Source of the DNA: Thermoanaerobaculia bacterium
GTDB taxonomy: Bacteria > Acidobacteriota > Thermoanaerobaculia > Multivoradales > Multivoraceae
Direction: 5' to 3'
NCBI GenBank assembly: GCA_963664405.1
Contig: OY761158.1
Span: 4,896,001 to 4,960,000 of the forward strand
DNA length: 64,000 nt
Shown here one piece after another: positions 10,093 to 20,097 of the stretch. The notes beneath the pieces were generated by a model. It was not told the origin of the DNA, did no database searches, and saw nothing but the letters and a program-made list of their open reading frames with translations. Within the stretch, counting starts at the first letter, position 1; each line of letters opens with the position of its first letter. The position numbers and the translations under genes are program-made.

Positions 10093-10370
10093 CTAGATCG
10101 CCGCTACGATCGCATCTGCCATGGCCGCGGTGCTGGCCCGGCCGCCGAGGTCCTCGGTGACATTCTCTCCAGCGCGTAGGACCTGGGTGGTGGCGGCGAG
10201 GATGCGCTCGGCAGCCGCCTCTTCGCCGAGGTGGCGCAGTAGCTCGAGAGCTGGTGAGAGCAAGGGTAGAGGGTTGGCCGTTCCGGTACCTTCGAGGTGG
10301 GCTGCATCTCCGTGGACCGCTTCGTAGACACGAAACTCCTCGCCGATGTTGATGGCGAGGGCGCTCGAGA
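10093..10370 (-). pseudogene. 3' remnant of an isocitrate/isopropylmalate dehydrogenase family gene
   Basis: Not in the ORF track. Manual translation: INIGEEFRVYEAVHGDAAHLEGTGTANPLPLL...LLRHLGE...TEDLGGRASTAAMADAIVAAI*. The N-terminal part is absent. Confidence 0.8.
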
Positions 10371-10433
10371 TGCAACGGCGCTTCTCCAGGAGATCCTATA
10401 GGTCAAAGCGTCGGGTGCTACGGTTGGCGGCTC

Positions 10434-10931
10434 GTGGGCTTCGTCATCCGAGACTACGCCTCGGCAGATTGGCCGGCCATCTGCCGAGTGCATGATCGAT
10501 CTCGGCCCGATGAGCTGCGCGGATCTTTCGATCCCCGCGCCTTCATTCCTCTGGCTGAAGATCCCGAAGGCGCGTACATCAAGGTCTGCGACATGTTCGT
10601 CGCCCAAGATGGGGATGAGGTCGTCGCCTTCGCCGGCATCGACGACCCCTACTTCGCCTGGCTGTATGTAGATCCCGCCCACTACCGCCGTGGGATCGGG
10701 CTTGCCCTGCTCAGACACTGTCTCGATCGGCTGAGCAAGGATGCCTGGACCCTCGCCTGCGGCAACAACACTGCCGCCCTCAGCCTGTACCTGGGTGAAG
10801 GCTTCGTCGTCGAGAAACGATTCATCGGAGACAACACCGGCTACAAGGGCCCCTCAGCCAGACTAGCGCTCGATCCAGCTAGGCGGGGCTGGACCAAGCC
10901 GAGGAAGAGCCAAACGCCCCGAGACTCCTAA
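10434..10931 (+). CDS. GNAT N-acetyltransferase
   Basis: LYVDPAHYRRGIGLALL acetyl-CoA motif and NTAALSLY..EGF. Confidence 0.85.
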   Translation: MGFVIRDYASADWPAICRVHDRSRPDELRGSFDPRAFIPLAEDPEGAYIKVCDMFVAQDGDEVVAFAGIDDPYFAWLYVDPAHYRRGIGLALLRHCLDRLSKDAWTLACGNNTAALSLYLGEGFVVEKRFIGDNTGYKGPSARLALDPARRGWTKPRKSQTPRDS

Positions 10932-12613
10932 ATCGGCCTCTGCAGCTCTTGCTCGCGCAGCTCGCGACGCAGGATCTTGAGCACCGCGCTCTTGGGCAAC
11001 TCGTCACGAAACTCGATCTGGCGGGGGATCTTGTACGCCGCCAGCTCCTTGCGAGCATACTCGATGAGCTCTTCCGCCGTGGCCGTTTGCCCGTCCACGA
11101 GGACGACGAATGACTTGACCGTCTCGCCTCTCTTTTGGTCGGGAACTCCGATCGTTGCCGCCTCTAGGACGGCGGGATGGGCGATGAGTACGCTGTCTAC
11201 TTCGTCCGGATAGATGTTGTAGCCGCTGGCGATGATGAGGTCCTTCTTTCGTCCGACGATCGAGAAGAATCCATCTCCATCCACGATTGCCAGGTCCCCG
11301 GTGTGGAGCCATCCGTTCTTGATCACCTCGCTCGTCTCGTCCGGTCTCCTCCAGTAGCCTGCCATCACCTGGGGACCTTTGATCAGGAGCTCGCCCTCCT
11401 GGCCGGGAGGCATCTCGGTCGTGCCGTCCTCGAGGTCCACGACCTTGGCGTCGGTCTCAGGCAGGGGAACTCCTATGCCGCCGATTTTTCGCCTGCCGAG
11501 AAGCGGCGTGCAGTGGGTGACGGGCGACGCCTCGGTGAGTCCGTACCCCTCAACGACCTTGCTCTCGGTCAGCTTCTCGAAGGTCTCGAGAACGTCCACC
11601 GGCAAGGGAGCCGATCCGGAGACACATGTATTGAGAGTGGTGAGGTCCACTCTCTCGCAGTCGGGACAATTATTGATGGCGTTCAACTGTGCCGGCACCG
11701 CGGACATCATGGTGACCCGATGTTTGGCAATGTTCTTGACGAGTTGGGGAGTGTCGCGGGGGTTGGGCACCAGCACCATGGCCGCCGCGCCAAATACCGA
11801 GAGGTTGAGTGACACGGTCATCCCGAAGACGTGGAAAAAGGGCAAGCTCGCGAGCACCACTTCTCCGCCGCTGTCCACGCTCCCCATCCAAGAGCTGATC
11901 TGTTGAACGTTGAACGACAGGTTGCGGTGGGTGAGCATGGCCGCCTTGGCCACGCCTGTCGTTCCCCCGGTGTACTGCAGGATGGCGATGTCATCCATGC
12001 CGACCTCCACCTTCGGTGGGGCCGGGGGCGCACCCTCGATGAGTTGGCTCATCAAGTGGACTCCCTCGCCGGGCTCGACCTTCGCCATCAAGGGCGGGTC
12101 CGCTCTTTTGAGTTTGAGAGGAGCCAGCCAGTCGAGGGGAAACCGCAGGTAGTCCGGGATCGATGCGATGACGTAGTTCTTGACTGGAAGTCTGTTACGC
12201 ATCGCCTGGATGCGACTCGCATACAGATAGTCCGCCACCACGGCGAGGGAGCATTCGGCATCGTTCCACTGATGCTCGATCTCGCGCTCGACATAGAGCG
12301 GGTTCGTCATCACGACCTGTGCTCCGAGGGACAGGGTGGCGTAATAGGCGATCACCGTCTGAGGCAGATTCGGGAGTTGGATGGCGACCCGGGTGTCCGA
12401 CCCGACTCCGAGGCCGGCGAGAGCTGTGGCGAAACGGTCGACATGGTCCTTCAGCTGCCGGTAGGACAGCCGGCGATTCATGAAGATCAGGGCGGTGGCC
12501 TGGCCGTACTCGGTGGCGGAGCGCTCCAGGAAGCCCGGCACCGGAAGCTCCTCGAAATCGAGGCTCGCCGGGACCTCCTCGTCGTAGAATCGGTGCCAGA
12601 TCCGTTCTTCCAT
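10928..12613 (-). CDS. fadD: Long-chain fatty acid-CoA ligase
   Basis: YTGGTTGVAK, EGYGLTE, WLHTGD, GRKKDLII and LPKSAVLK. Confidence 0.9.
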   Translation of the reverse strand: MEERIWHRFYDEEVPASLDFEELPVPGFLERSATEYGQATALIFMNRRLSYRQLKDHVDRFATALAGLGVGSDTRVAIQLPNLPQTVIAYYATLSLGAQVVMTNPLYVEREIEHQWNDAECSLAVVADYLYASRIQAMRNRLPVKNYVIASIPDYLRFPLDWLAPLKLKRADPPLMAKVEPGEGVHLMSQLIEGAPPAPPKVEVGMDDIAILQYTGGTTGVAKAAMLTHRNLSFNVQQISSWMGSVDSGGEVVLASLPFFHVFGMTVSLNLSVFGAAAMVLVPNPRDTPQLVKNIAKHRVTMMSAVPAQLNAINNCPDCERVDLTTLNTCVSGSAPLPVDVLETFEKLTESKVVEGYGLTEASPVTHCTPLLGRRKIGGIGVPLPETDAKVVDLEDGTTEMPPGQEGELLIKGPQVMAGYWRRPDETSEVIKNGWLHTGDLAIVDGDGFFSIVGRKKDLIIASGYNIYPDEVDSVLIAHPAVLEAATIGVPDQKRGETVKSFVVLVDGQTATAEELIEYARKELAAYKIPRQIEFRDELPKSAVLKILRRELREQELQRPI

Positions 12614-12705
12614 TGTCGGCGCTCGTCGAGGCCGGTAGCCCACGACTCCAGTGGTAGGCTGACCTCGACAGAAGCCTACTACTTACCGACTATCGCTCAG
12701 TCTCC

Positions 12706-13881
12706 ATGGAGAACCGGCTGACGAAGGCAACCGAGACCGCCGCCGTGCGCGATGGGATGGCGGTAGCCCCTGCAACCAAGGACCCCAGCTTGGCCAAGCG
12801 GCGAGGGGTCCTTCGCGCCGCCGCCGGTTTCATGATTCCTTCTATTACGGGTATCCCTGTAATCGCAAGCGGACTGATTTCACTCACCTGGGCAGAATGG
12901 CTGTTGACCATGTCGACGGTGGTCCTAGCGTGGAGTCTCATGTGGTACATCCTTGTCCGGGGCTGGGACAAGCGGCTGCGCTTCGATCCTCAGTTCTTGC
13001 TCGTGCCGGCGGCCGCTAGCGCGATCCTCCTGTGCCTGTTCGTCTACGTGGCGCCCGAGGTTCGGTTGGTGGTGCTGCAGGGTTGGTTCATGGTGCTGCT
13101 GTTCGGCGCCGGTCTGTTTTCGCTCAAAGAGGTCGTGGCACTCAACACCTTCATGACGGCCGGCTACGTCGGCATCATCGGGGTTCTCATTGCTCGCGGT
13201 GAGCCGATCTCGTGGCCTTTCGAGATCTTCACCGTGATCTTCCCTTTCTTCCTCTTCAGCTTCTTCTGCGGCACCGTGCTCGAGCGCCTGCGTCGTGAAA
13301 GGGTTGAGAAGAAGGCGCTGCGGAGCCAGCTCTCTCATCTGGCACTCACCGACGGGCTCACCGGCCTGCCGAATCGCCGACACTTCGACGAGTACGTGCA
13401 ACGGCACTCCGCCCTCTGCCAGCGCTCGGGCGCCACCTATGCCGTGGGATTGATCGACCTCGACAACCTCAAGGAGATCAACGACAGTTTGGGCCACGTG
13501 GTCGGCGACCGCGTGCTTGTCGAGCTGGCAGAGATCGTCCGCAGCCATCTCCGGCAGAGTGATCTCGCGGCCCGCTGGGGTGGTGACGAGTTCGCGGTGC
13601 TGCTGACCGAGACCAATGCGGCGGCGGCAGGCGTAGCTCTCAGCGAGATCGTTCGCGAGGTCGCCAGCCGCTCTTTCTCAGCCAGCGGTCTTGGCCCCGG
13701 TCAGGTGACGGTCAGCATTGGGGTGACGGAGAGTCAGGGGGAAGAGTCTCTCCGGGACCTCCTGCGATGGGCCGACGAGGGGCTCTACACTGCCAAAGGA
13801 GACGGAGGGAACCGCGTCGAGGTGTACACACCCCCTCGCCTCTCCCAAGCTCAGACCGACGAGGACGTGGCACTCGGTTGA
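12706..13881 (+). CDS. Membrane-bound diguanylate cyclase
   Basis: About 6 TM segments, then DGLTGLPNRR, the RQSD I-site and an intact GGDEF. Confidence 0.92.
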   Translation: MENRLTKATETAAVRDGMAVAPATKDPSLAKRRGVLRAAAGFMIPSITGIPVIASGLISLTWAEWLLTMSTVVLAWSLMWYILVRGWDKRLRFDPQFLLVPAAASAILLCLFVYVAPEVRLVVLQGWFMVLLFGAGLFSLKEVVALNTFMTAGYVGIIGVLIARGEPISWPFEIFTVIFPFFLFSFFCGTVLERLRRERVEKKALRSQLSHLALTDGLTGLPNRRHFDEYVQRHSALCQRSGATYAVGLIDLDNLKEINDSLGHVVGDRVLVELAEIVRSHLRQSDLAARWGGDEFAVLLTETNAAAAGVALSEIVREVASRSFSASGLGPGQVTVSIGVTESQGEESLRDLLRWADEGLYTAKGDGGNRVEVYTPPRLSQAQTDEDVALG

Positions 13882-13920
13882 GGCCTCCCGCCAGCAGTAC
13901 CAGACCGGTCATTCGCAGGT

Positions 13921-14439
13921 TCACTTCGTTTCTCCCGGCAGACTCTCGATCCGATGCAGCCGCGATGTGCGACCGCCGTAGACCCATACCATCTCATCGC
14001 CTTCTAGGTGCCGCGTTACCATCACCGGACCGTCGAAGGGTCGCAGCTCGAGGCGGCCGTCGATGAACCTGGCAGCCACACTAATCTTTTTGCAGTTGGC
14101 TGCGGCAACGTCGTTGACTCCGTTCTCGAGGGTGTCGTCGGTACGCATGTCGTGAATGATCTTGCCGGCGGTGATCACCACACGGTTGCCGCATTGCTCG
14201 ACCCGCTCGATGTGACCCACGAGTCCCGACTCAGCCTTCCACAACCCGCGCAGATCCGCGGCGCCTTCGGCCAGGGGCTCGGTGCAGCTCGCTAGCACAG
14301 GCGGCGGGAACTCGGTCCAACCACAGCCAGGAGTGTTTGCGACAGGGATGTCATCGGCGGTGACGGAATCGTCGGCGGTGCCTGGGGCGCCGAAGAGCAT
14401 ACCGATTGCCACCAGACCGATCGTGAGCGCGCGAATCAT
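13921..14439 (-). CDS. Secreted hypothetical protein (4 Cys)
   Basis: Signal peptide and globular composition (DLRGLW...ERVEQCGNRVVIT). Confidence 0.7.
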   Translation of the reverse strand: MIRALTIGLVAIGMLFGAPGTADDSVTADDIPVANTPGCGWTEFPPPVLASCTEPLAEGAADLRGLWKAESGLVGHIERVEQCGNRVVITAGKIIHDMRTDDTLENGVNDVAAANCKKISVAARFIDGRLELRPFDGPVMVTRHLEGDEMVWVYGGRTSRLHRIESLPGETK

Positions 14440-14466
14440 GCTGTTGGCGGCACTATACCGTGGCTC

Positions 14467-14778
14467 TCAGCAAGCCCTTTGCGCACTTGGCCTAGCCCCG
14501 GAGAACGGACCTGCGGCCCGTTCTCCGGCCCATCCCCCCCTAAGAACTACTCGCCTGTCCGAATTCTCGGACACGCTCCTAGGCGCTCGCATGCCGCCGA
14601 GAGCCCGTGCGGGGAGCGTGACGACGGCTCCGAGGAAAGAGAACACTCCGCCGACAGCGATGCCGACCAGCCGGAACGGCAACAAAAGAAGCCAGACCAG
14701 TGGGTAGAGAACCAGAGCGAGCAGAGCGAGAGGCCAGCTGATGACAAGGAGTATGAGCCAGAGGAGGAACTTCGTCAT
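14467..14778 (-). CDS. Small hydrophobic membrane protein; 3' end probably extended by a junction at ~14582
   Basis: RBS AGGAGA. The first ~63 aa are hydrophobic (WPLALLALVLYPLVWLLLLPFRLVG); the rest is not protein-like. Confidence 0.65.
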   Translation of the reverse strand: MTKFLLWLILLVISWPLALLALVLYPLVWLLLLPFRLVGIAVGGVFSFLGAVVTLPARALGGMRAPRSVSENSDRRVVLRGGWAGERAAGPFSGARPSAQRAC

Positions 14779-14825
14779 CTCTCCTCTATATACGCACTCT
14801 CGGCGAAACGGTTCCGGACGCAGAG

Positions 14826-14873
14826 CTCTACGCTGCCAAGCGCAATGGAGGGAACCGCGTCGAGGTGTGCACT
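14826..14873 (+). pseudogene. Scrap of a GGDEF C-terminus
   Basis: LYAAKRNGGNRVEVCT, versus LYTAKGDGGNRVEVYT at 13783-13830. Confidence 0.7.
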
Positions 14874-15042
14874 CTCCCGGCCACTGGCTCAGCGAGTTTC
14901 GGAGCCTGATCTCGGTCTCCTCGAGCTCTCGTTCCCTAGCCCGAAGATGTAGCTCTCTCGCGAGGCGCTCGCGCTCGAGGTCTGTCTGCGCGGCACTCTA
15001 CTGGTGTGGACTTGATCGAACCCTCGACTCAAAGGAGGCGGA

Positions 15043-15372
15043 GTGATGACGACTGGGTGGACCATGGCGAAATTCGGCACAGTTCCACTTACGGTCAACA
15101 ATGCCAACTGCTACGCCGGGAACTTGGTGATGCACCCGACGCTCGTCTTCAACGCCACGGTGTACCACACCACCATGCAGGGCGTTCCCGCCACCTGGGT
15201 CGTAAGCTTCTACCTGACCTGCTACTACAGTACTCCCACCGGGACGTCTTCTGGGATCCTGTGCGGCGCGAACAGCACGACGGACGGCCTGCCGGTGGAG
15301 CTCATGGAGTTCTCGGTCCAGAGCGACGACGCAGAGACAGAGAAGAGGGCAGAAGGGGCGGGGGAGTCCTAG
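15043..15372 (+). CDS. Hypothetical protein or 3' fragment ending in a 'LPVELMEFSV' motif
   Basis: Upstream AGGAGG; Thr/Cys-rich extracellular-like sequence; DGLPVELMEFSV near the C-terminus. Confidence 0.45.
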   Translation: MMTTGWTMAKFGTVPLTVNNANCYAGNLVMHPTLVFNATVYHTTMQGVPATWVVSFYLTCYYSTPTGTSSGILCGANSTTDGLPVELMEFSVQSDDAETEKRAEGAGES

Positions 15373-16214
15373 TCGGCTGTGAAGGGGTGGTCGGCCCGCC
15401 AAGCCTTGGCGGCATCCCCGAGCGTCGAGAAGACCCCGACGCCGGTGGCCTGAAGGCGATCGATAAGAGTCTCGAGCATCAGCATGCGGTGGCCGCGGCC
15501 GATCACCTGTGGATGCATGGTGAGGATGAAGACTCCGCTGCCGATGCGGCGTAGATACTCGAATTCCTGCAACCAGATCGAGAGTACCCGCTCTGGGTCC
15601 GCGAGCCCTGGGTTGACGCCACGCCGGCTGAAGGTGTGCTCGAAGAAGGGGTGGTCGTCGAGGTGCCAGGCGAAAGGCATCTGGACGAGCTCGATCTTCG
15701 CTCCGAATTTGTAGGGGCCGTCGGGAGGCGCCTCGTCACCGACCCGGCAGTAATAGGGAGAGAAATCGTCGGCCATCATGCTGCTGTCGTAGAGGAACTC
15801 GTGCTCGGAAAGGAGGGACAGAGAGTTGGTGCTGGCGCTGCCGGAAGGACAGCGATAGCCGATCGGCACGACCCCTGCGATCGTCTTCAGACAGTCGATG
15901 CCACGTAGGAGAATGCGTTCTTCGTCTTCCCGCTCGAGCTTTGCCGGGTTTTCGTGGCAGTAGCCGTGGTGGCCGATCTCGTGTCCCTCGGCGACGATGC
16001 GGCGGGTCTCCTCGGGGAAGGCTTCGGCAGTGTGCCCGGGCACGAACCACGTGCTTGGAATGTTCTTGTCCCGGAGAAGGTCGAGGATGCGAGTGGCACC
16101 GACCCGCCCGAACTCGCCGCGAGAGAGGGCATTGGGCGACTTGGTGCGGTAGATCGCGATCCAGGACGACATCGCGTCGAAGTCGAAGCTGAGGCAGATG
16201 CGTATCGCGGCCAT
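15369..16214 (-). CDS. Polysaccharide deacetylase (CE4, PuuE/PgdA-like)
   Basis: LSFDFDA, STWFVPG, HEIGHHGYCHE, GYRCP, YDSS and LTMHPQVIGR. Confidence 0.9.
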   Translation of the reverse strand: MAAIRICLSFDFDAMSSWIAIYRTKSPNALSRGEFGRVGATRILDLLRDKNIPSTWFVPGHTAEAFPEETRRIVAEGHEIGHHGYCHENPAKLEREDEERILLRGIDCLKTIAGVVPIGYRCPSGSASTNSLSLLSEHEFLYDSSMMADDFSPYYCRVGDEAPPDGPYKFGAKIELVQMPFAWHLDDHPFFEHTFSRRGVNPGLADPERVLSIWLQEFEYLRRIGSGVFILTMHPQVIGRGHRMLMLETLIDRLQATGVGVFSTLGDAAKAWRADHPFTAD

Positions 16215-16242
16215 GGCGCTAGACTCCTCTTGGGGAGGGCTC

Positions 16243-17298
16243 ATGATGAACATCCATGTTGTCAGAATCGGTACGGCGCTCGCCTTCGTTGCAAGCTTCA
16301 GCGCCGCCAGCGTGTTCGCGCAGGCGCCGCCGGCACGGGACTTCGATGCTGAGATCCGAGACGCCGTGCAATCGGCCAAGACCGCCGCCGGATTCGAGTT
16401 TCTCGGCACCCTGAGCCGGCTCTGCCTGTTGCCGCAGAGCCGCGCAGCCAATACCACCGACAGTCTGCCGCCCTGGGTCGCCGACCCCACCCTCATTCCG
16501 CCCCGCGAGGAGTGGTACGCGGACTCGGCGCGGGTCTTCGACAACCTCTACTTCGTGGGCGGCAAGATCCACACTTCGTGGGCGCTGGTGACCAGCGAGG
16601 GGATCATCATCATCGACACGATCTTTCCCTTCAACTCCGAGGAGCTGATTGTCGGTGGCCTGGTGCGGCAGGGGCTCGACCCGAACGACATCAAATACGT
16701 CATCATCTCCCACGCGCACGGTGACCACATCGGCGGCGCCAAGATGCTGCAGGATCGCTTCGACGCCCGCGTCGTCATGGGCGGACTCGACTGGGATCTG
16801 GTCGAGACCTACCCCAACCGCTATAAGACGATGGCGCCGAGCCGCGACATCGTTGCCGGCGACGGCATGGAGATCACCCTCGGCGAGACGACCGTGACCC
16901 TGTGGGAGACTCCTGGCCACACTCCGGGGACGCTGTCCTACACCTTTAGCGTGCTCGACAACGGCCGGCCGGTGAGCGTCGCCTATTCGGGTGGCACCGC
17001 GTTCAACTTCGAGAACATCACGCCGGATCCGGGCATCCGCAACTTCCAGACCTATATCGAGTCGCAGCAGCACATCGCCGCCCAGGCGGCGGCCACCGGC
17101 GCAACCGTCATCCTGTCGAACCACACCGAGTTCGACGGCGCGGTGATGAGGAACCGAATGCTCGCCGGGCGTGGAGACGGCCCGCACCCCTACGAGCTCG
17201 GAACGGAATGGGTCCGGCGCTACTTCGAGGTCATGCAGAGCTGCGCCAGGGCCGCGCAGCTGAGGCTGGAGCAGCAGCTTGCAGAGAGGTCTCAGTGA
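16243..17298 (+). CDS. Secreted MBL-fold metallohydrolase (subclass B3-like)
   Basis: Signal peptide; VFDNLYFVG, SHAHGDH, TPGHTPG and LSNH. Confidence 0.85.
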   Translation: MMNIHVVRIGTALAFVASFSAASVFAQAPPARDFDAEIRDAVQSAKTAAGFEFLGTLSRLCLLPQSRAANTTDSLPPWVADPTLIPPREEWYADSARVFDNLYFVGGKIHTSWALVTSEGIIIIDTIFPFNSEELIVGGLVRQGLDPNDIKYVIISHAHGDHIGGAKMLQDRFDARVVMGGLDWDLVETYPNRYKTMAPSRDIVAGDGMEITLGETTVTLWETPGHTPGTLSYTFSVLDNGRPVSVAYSGGTAFNFENITPDPGIRNFQTYIESQQHIAAQAAATGATVILSNHTEFDGAVMRNRMLAGRGDGPHPYELGTEWVRRYFEVMQSCARAAQLRLEQQLAERSQ

Positions 17299-17352
17299 TG
17301 GGCTCCGCGAAAGCCAGGGCTGCGAGGGCTGAGCGCAGATGGGTCGAAGTGC

Positions 17353-17714
17353 TCAAGGCTTGGCCACTTTGTCAGCCATTCGGGAAGTGACCCAGTCCAG
17401 GATCACGCGATTGTAGTCCTCTCCCTTCCGGGACGAATCTCCGCCGAACTTCGCAACATCGAAGCGTGTCGGTGAGTGCCGGTCGCACTTGGAGTCTGGA
17501 AGCGCCGGGCCCGGCATGTGCGCGCGAGAGAGCGGTAGAACTCGTAGTGCCACTCGTCGGCGGACTCGGACTCGATCAGCTGGATCCGCTCCGTGGTGAA
17601 AGGCGGCGCCCCCGCATCTTCCTGGGCGCCAGCCGGGGTCAGCCCCATCAGCAGAAGGAGGCCTCCTGCAGTTGCGATTCGCAGGGCAGGGCTCGCGACT
17701 TCAGGCATTGCCAT
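17353..17714 (-). pseudogene. Internally deleted secreted-protein gene (N- and C-terminal parts in different frames)
   Basis: Signal peptide plus ...HYEFYR in one frame; a protein-like tail EDYNRVILDWVTSRMAD in another. Confidence 0.4.
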
Positions 17715-17859
17715 GTTGCACCGCGCTTTCCGGATTTGGTGAGAGTTGGAGATCGATTCTAACCCGGAGCCAGGGGGAAAGTCGGCTCAGGCTCGCGGAC
17801 GGAGCGGATTGTTTGTAACTTCCTCTGTCGCTTTCTCGTTCTACTTAGAAAGGAGAGCT

Positions 17860-19224
17860 ATGCCCAGTCCGGAACCGCGGATGCATCGTCGATCGGTCTT
17901 CTGGAATCTTCTGCTGATCGCTTCTTTCGTCGCCGCCAGTGTTTCGCTGCTGACCACCGGCCTGGGGCTTGGACGATATCTGCCCTCACTGCTGGCCTGG
18001 CCGCTGGCGCTGGCGGTTCAGATGGGCCTTTTCGGGCTCGCCTGGCTGATCGCGGTCGGGCAGGTGCGGCTGCGCGCGCTGGTGATCGCGCTCTACTGCC
18101 TGACGATGCCCTTCTCGGTGGTCTTCTCCTACGTCATGCTGCAGAGCGAGTTCACTTCTCAGATCCGACCCGAAGAAGCACAGCGCGAGCTCTTTGACGA
18201 TCTGCGTCAACGCTCCGCCGCGGTGTCGAAGGAGATCGACCGCAGCCTCGCCGAGAGCGACGAGATCCGTCTGCGCCTCGCCTCGTGGCTGGCGATGGAG
18301 AAGGACGACGGGTGGACGACTTCGACCTGTGACGAGAACGACCACTGCTACCTCGCCGCAGTCTGCGAGCGCACCCAGCGGAAGATCGACAACTGGGAGC
18401 AGACGACCGGTCTGCAATATCGGCAGGGCCCGGGCGAGGCGTTGATCTACGGCGCTCTCGCGACCGAGGGGCAGGCGATCGAGCAGGTGGCGACGAATCT
18501 TCGCGACGCCCGTGAGAGCTGGCTCGCCAAGGGTGAAGACCTCTTCGAGGCCGGCCTCGATAACCGGGAGCGTTTGCGGCGCTTCGATCTCGCCTTGGCA
18601 GGTCTTCCCAGCCACGACCTCGAAGCGGTGCGATGCGAGGCCCTGGCGCTACCGACGTCGCCGCCCTACGAGAGATTCGCGCGCGACGATGCCCTCTCGG
18701 AAGAGAGGCCGGTCTACGCCTTCGAGGATCTGGTCCGGATCTTTGATCTCTCCTACAGCTTCACTCGTTCGGACTATCCGACGGTGTTCGCTTTCTTCCT
18801 GGCTGTGTTTATCGATCTCTTCGTGCTCCTTGTCGCGATCGGCGCTGCCGTCTTGGAGCACGCCGAGCCGGAAGGCGGACCGAGCTATCCGATGGTCCAG
18901 CCGGTGCCGCCGGAGTGGGGAGAGGCTCTGCACCGTGACATCACGTCGTGGATCGACGGCGCTCTGCTGCATGCCCGTGAGGGCGCGGGCGACCGTCGGG
19001 CTTTTCTTCTCGGAGTGGTCGACGCGCTGCGTTTCGATCGCGGCAAGAAGGCCCTGCTGGTGCCGAAGGATGTCCGCGAGAGCCGCTTCGGTTTTCTGAT
19101 GGCGAGCTCGCGGGCGGCGACCCCCGCCGAGATCAAGGGTGACGAGGGTACCGAGGTGACCTTTGTGCTCGAAGACTGGGTCTATCCCGCGCTCGCCCGC
19201 TACCTCACGAGCGAGTCTGCCTAG
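17860..19224 (+). CDS. Uncharacterised membrane protein (3 TM + helical Cys-containing extracytoplasmic domain + TM + tail)
   Basis: RBS AAGGAG; long ORF with a clear TM pattern. Confidence 0.8.
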   Translation: MPSPEPRMHRRSVFWNLLLIASFVAASVSLLTTGLGLGRYLPSLLAWPLALAVQMGLFGLAWLIAVGQVRLRALVIALYCLTMPFSVVFSYVMLQSEFTSQIRPEEAQRELFDDLRQRSAAVSKEIDRSLAESDEIRLRLASWLAMEKDDGWTTSTCDENDHCYLAAVCERTQRKIDNWEQTTGLQYRQGPGEALIYGALATEGQAIEQVATNLRDARESWLAKGEDLFEAGLDNRERLRRFDLALAGLPSHDLEAVRCEALALPTSPPYERFARDDALSEERPVYAFEDLVRIFDLSYSFTRSDYPTVFAFFLAVFIDLFVLLVAIGAAVLEHAEPEGGPSYPMVQPVPPEWGEALHRDITSWIDGALLHAREGAGDRRAFLLGVVDALRFDRGKKALLVPKDVRESRFGFLMASSRAATPAEIKGDEGTEVTFVLEDWVYPALARYLTSESA

Positions 19225-19535
19225 CCGCCTCATCAGCCCCTTCTTCGTTGGTGGTCGCGTACGCCACGAAGGGCGCAACAACGGCGCCGGTAATGGCGAG
19301 GGTCAGAACGAGCCAGGCGAGAAGGCGGAGGCGCTCCGAGCCGCCTGCTGAGAGGGTCATGATGGTGCCGGATATGACGCCGGTTGACGCCGCCGTGCCC
19401 ATTGAGATGCTGCCGACGGAGACCGTCCCGAGAGCGATGCCACCCAGGGCCACAAGTAGCCCCATCGTGATGCCTGCGATCGAGATCAGGCCTGCTCCGA
19501 TCCCGGCGATCGTAATACCGCCGACGGCGAAGCCC
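19205..19535 (-). pseudogene. 5'-truncated Gly-rich membrane protein fragment
   Basis: GFAVGGITIAGIGAGLISIAGITMGLLVALGGIALG repeats; no start; abuts the PA-domain fragment at ~19535. Confidence 0.5.
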
Positions 19536-20097
19536 GGACGAGCTCGCCGGCAAGATCGCGCTGATCGATCGTGGCGGCTGCGCGTTCACCGACAAGGTGG
19601 CGAACGCCCAGGCAGCGGGTGCCGTCGGCGCCATCATCGTAAACAACGCCGGCAACACAGTGTTCGACATGGCCGGCGACAATCCGGAGATCGTCATTCC
19701 GTCGGTGATGGTGGGTAGCCGAGATGGAAATCGCATTCGTCAGGAAGCCTGTGGCGAGAGCGCGGCCTATTTCTTGGGTGATCGCTTTCAGGTCACCGCA
19801 GCCTGGCGCGCCGCCAACGGGACCTCCGGCGAAGGCCAGGCTGTGGAGCTCACCGACCAGTCCGGCTACTTCTACTTCTTCAACGAGGAGAACATCGAGA
19901 TCACGATCAAGATGCTCGATGCCTGCGAGATTGGGAGCTTCAACAGCTTCTGGTTCTTCGGTGCGGCGATGACCGACGTCGAGGTGGCCCTGACGGTGGT
20001 CGACACCCAGAGCGGCCTGACCAAGACCTACTCGAACGAGCTCAAGACGCCCTTCGATCCGATCTTGGACACGTCGGCCTTCGCGACCTGTCCCTAG
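19534..20097 (+). pseudogene. 5'-truncated gene: partial PA (protease-associated) domain + lineage-typical C-terminal domain
   Basis: ELAGKIALIDRGGCAFTDKVANAQAAGAVGAIIVNN, then DRFQV..W...SGYFYFF..KMLDAC...DTSAFATCP. No N-terminus. Confidence 0.75.

Noticed and set aside
16243-17298. Bona fide antibiotic-resistance genes (B3 MBL; also the serine hydrolase at 54813 and the ABC exporter)
   Set aside because: Only fold-level motifs are visible; substrate cannot be inferred from them.
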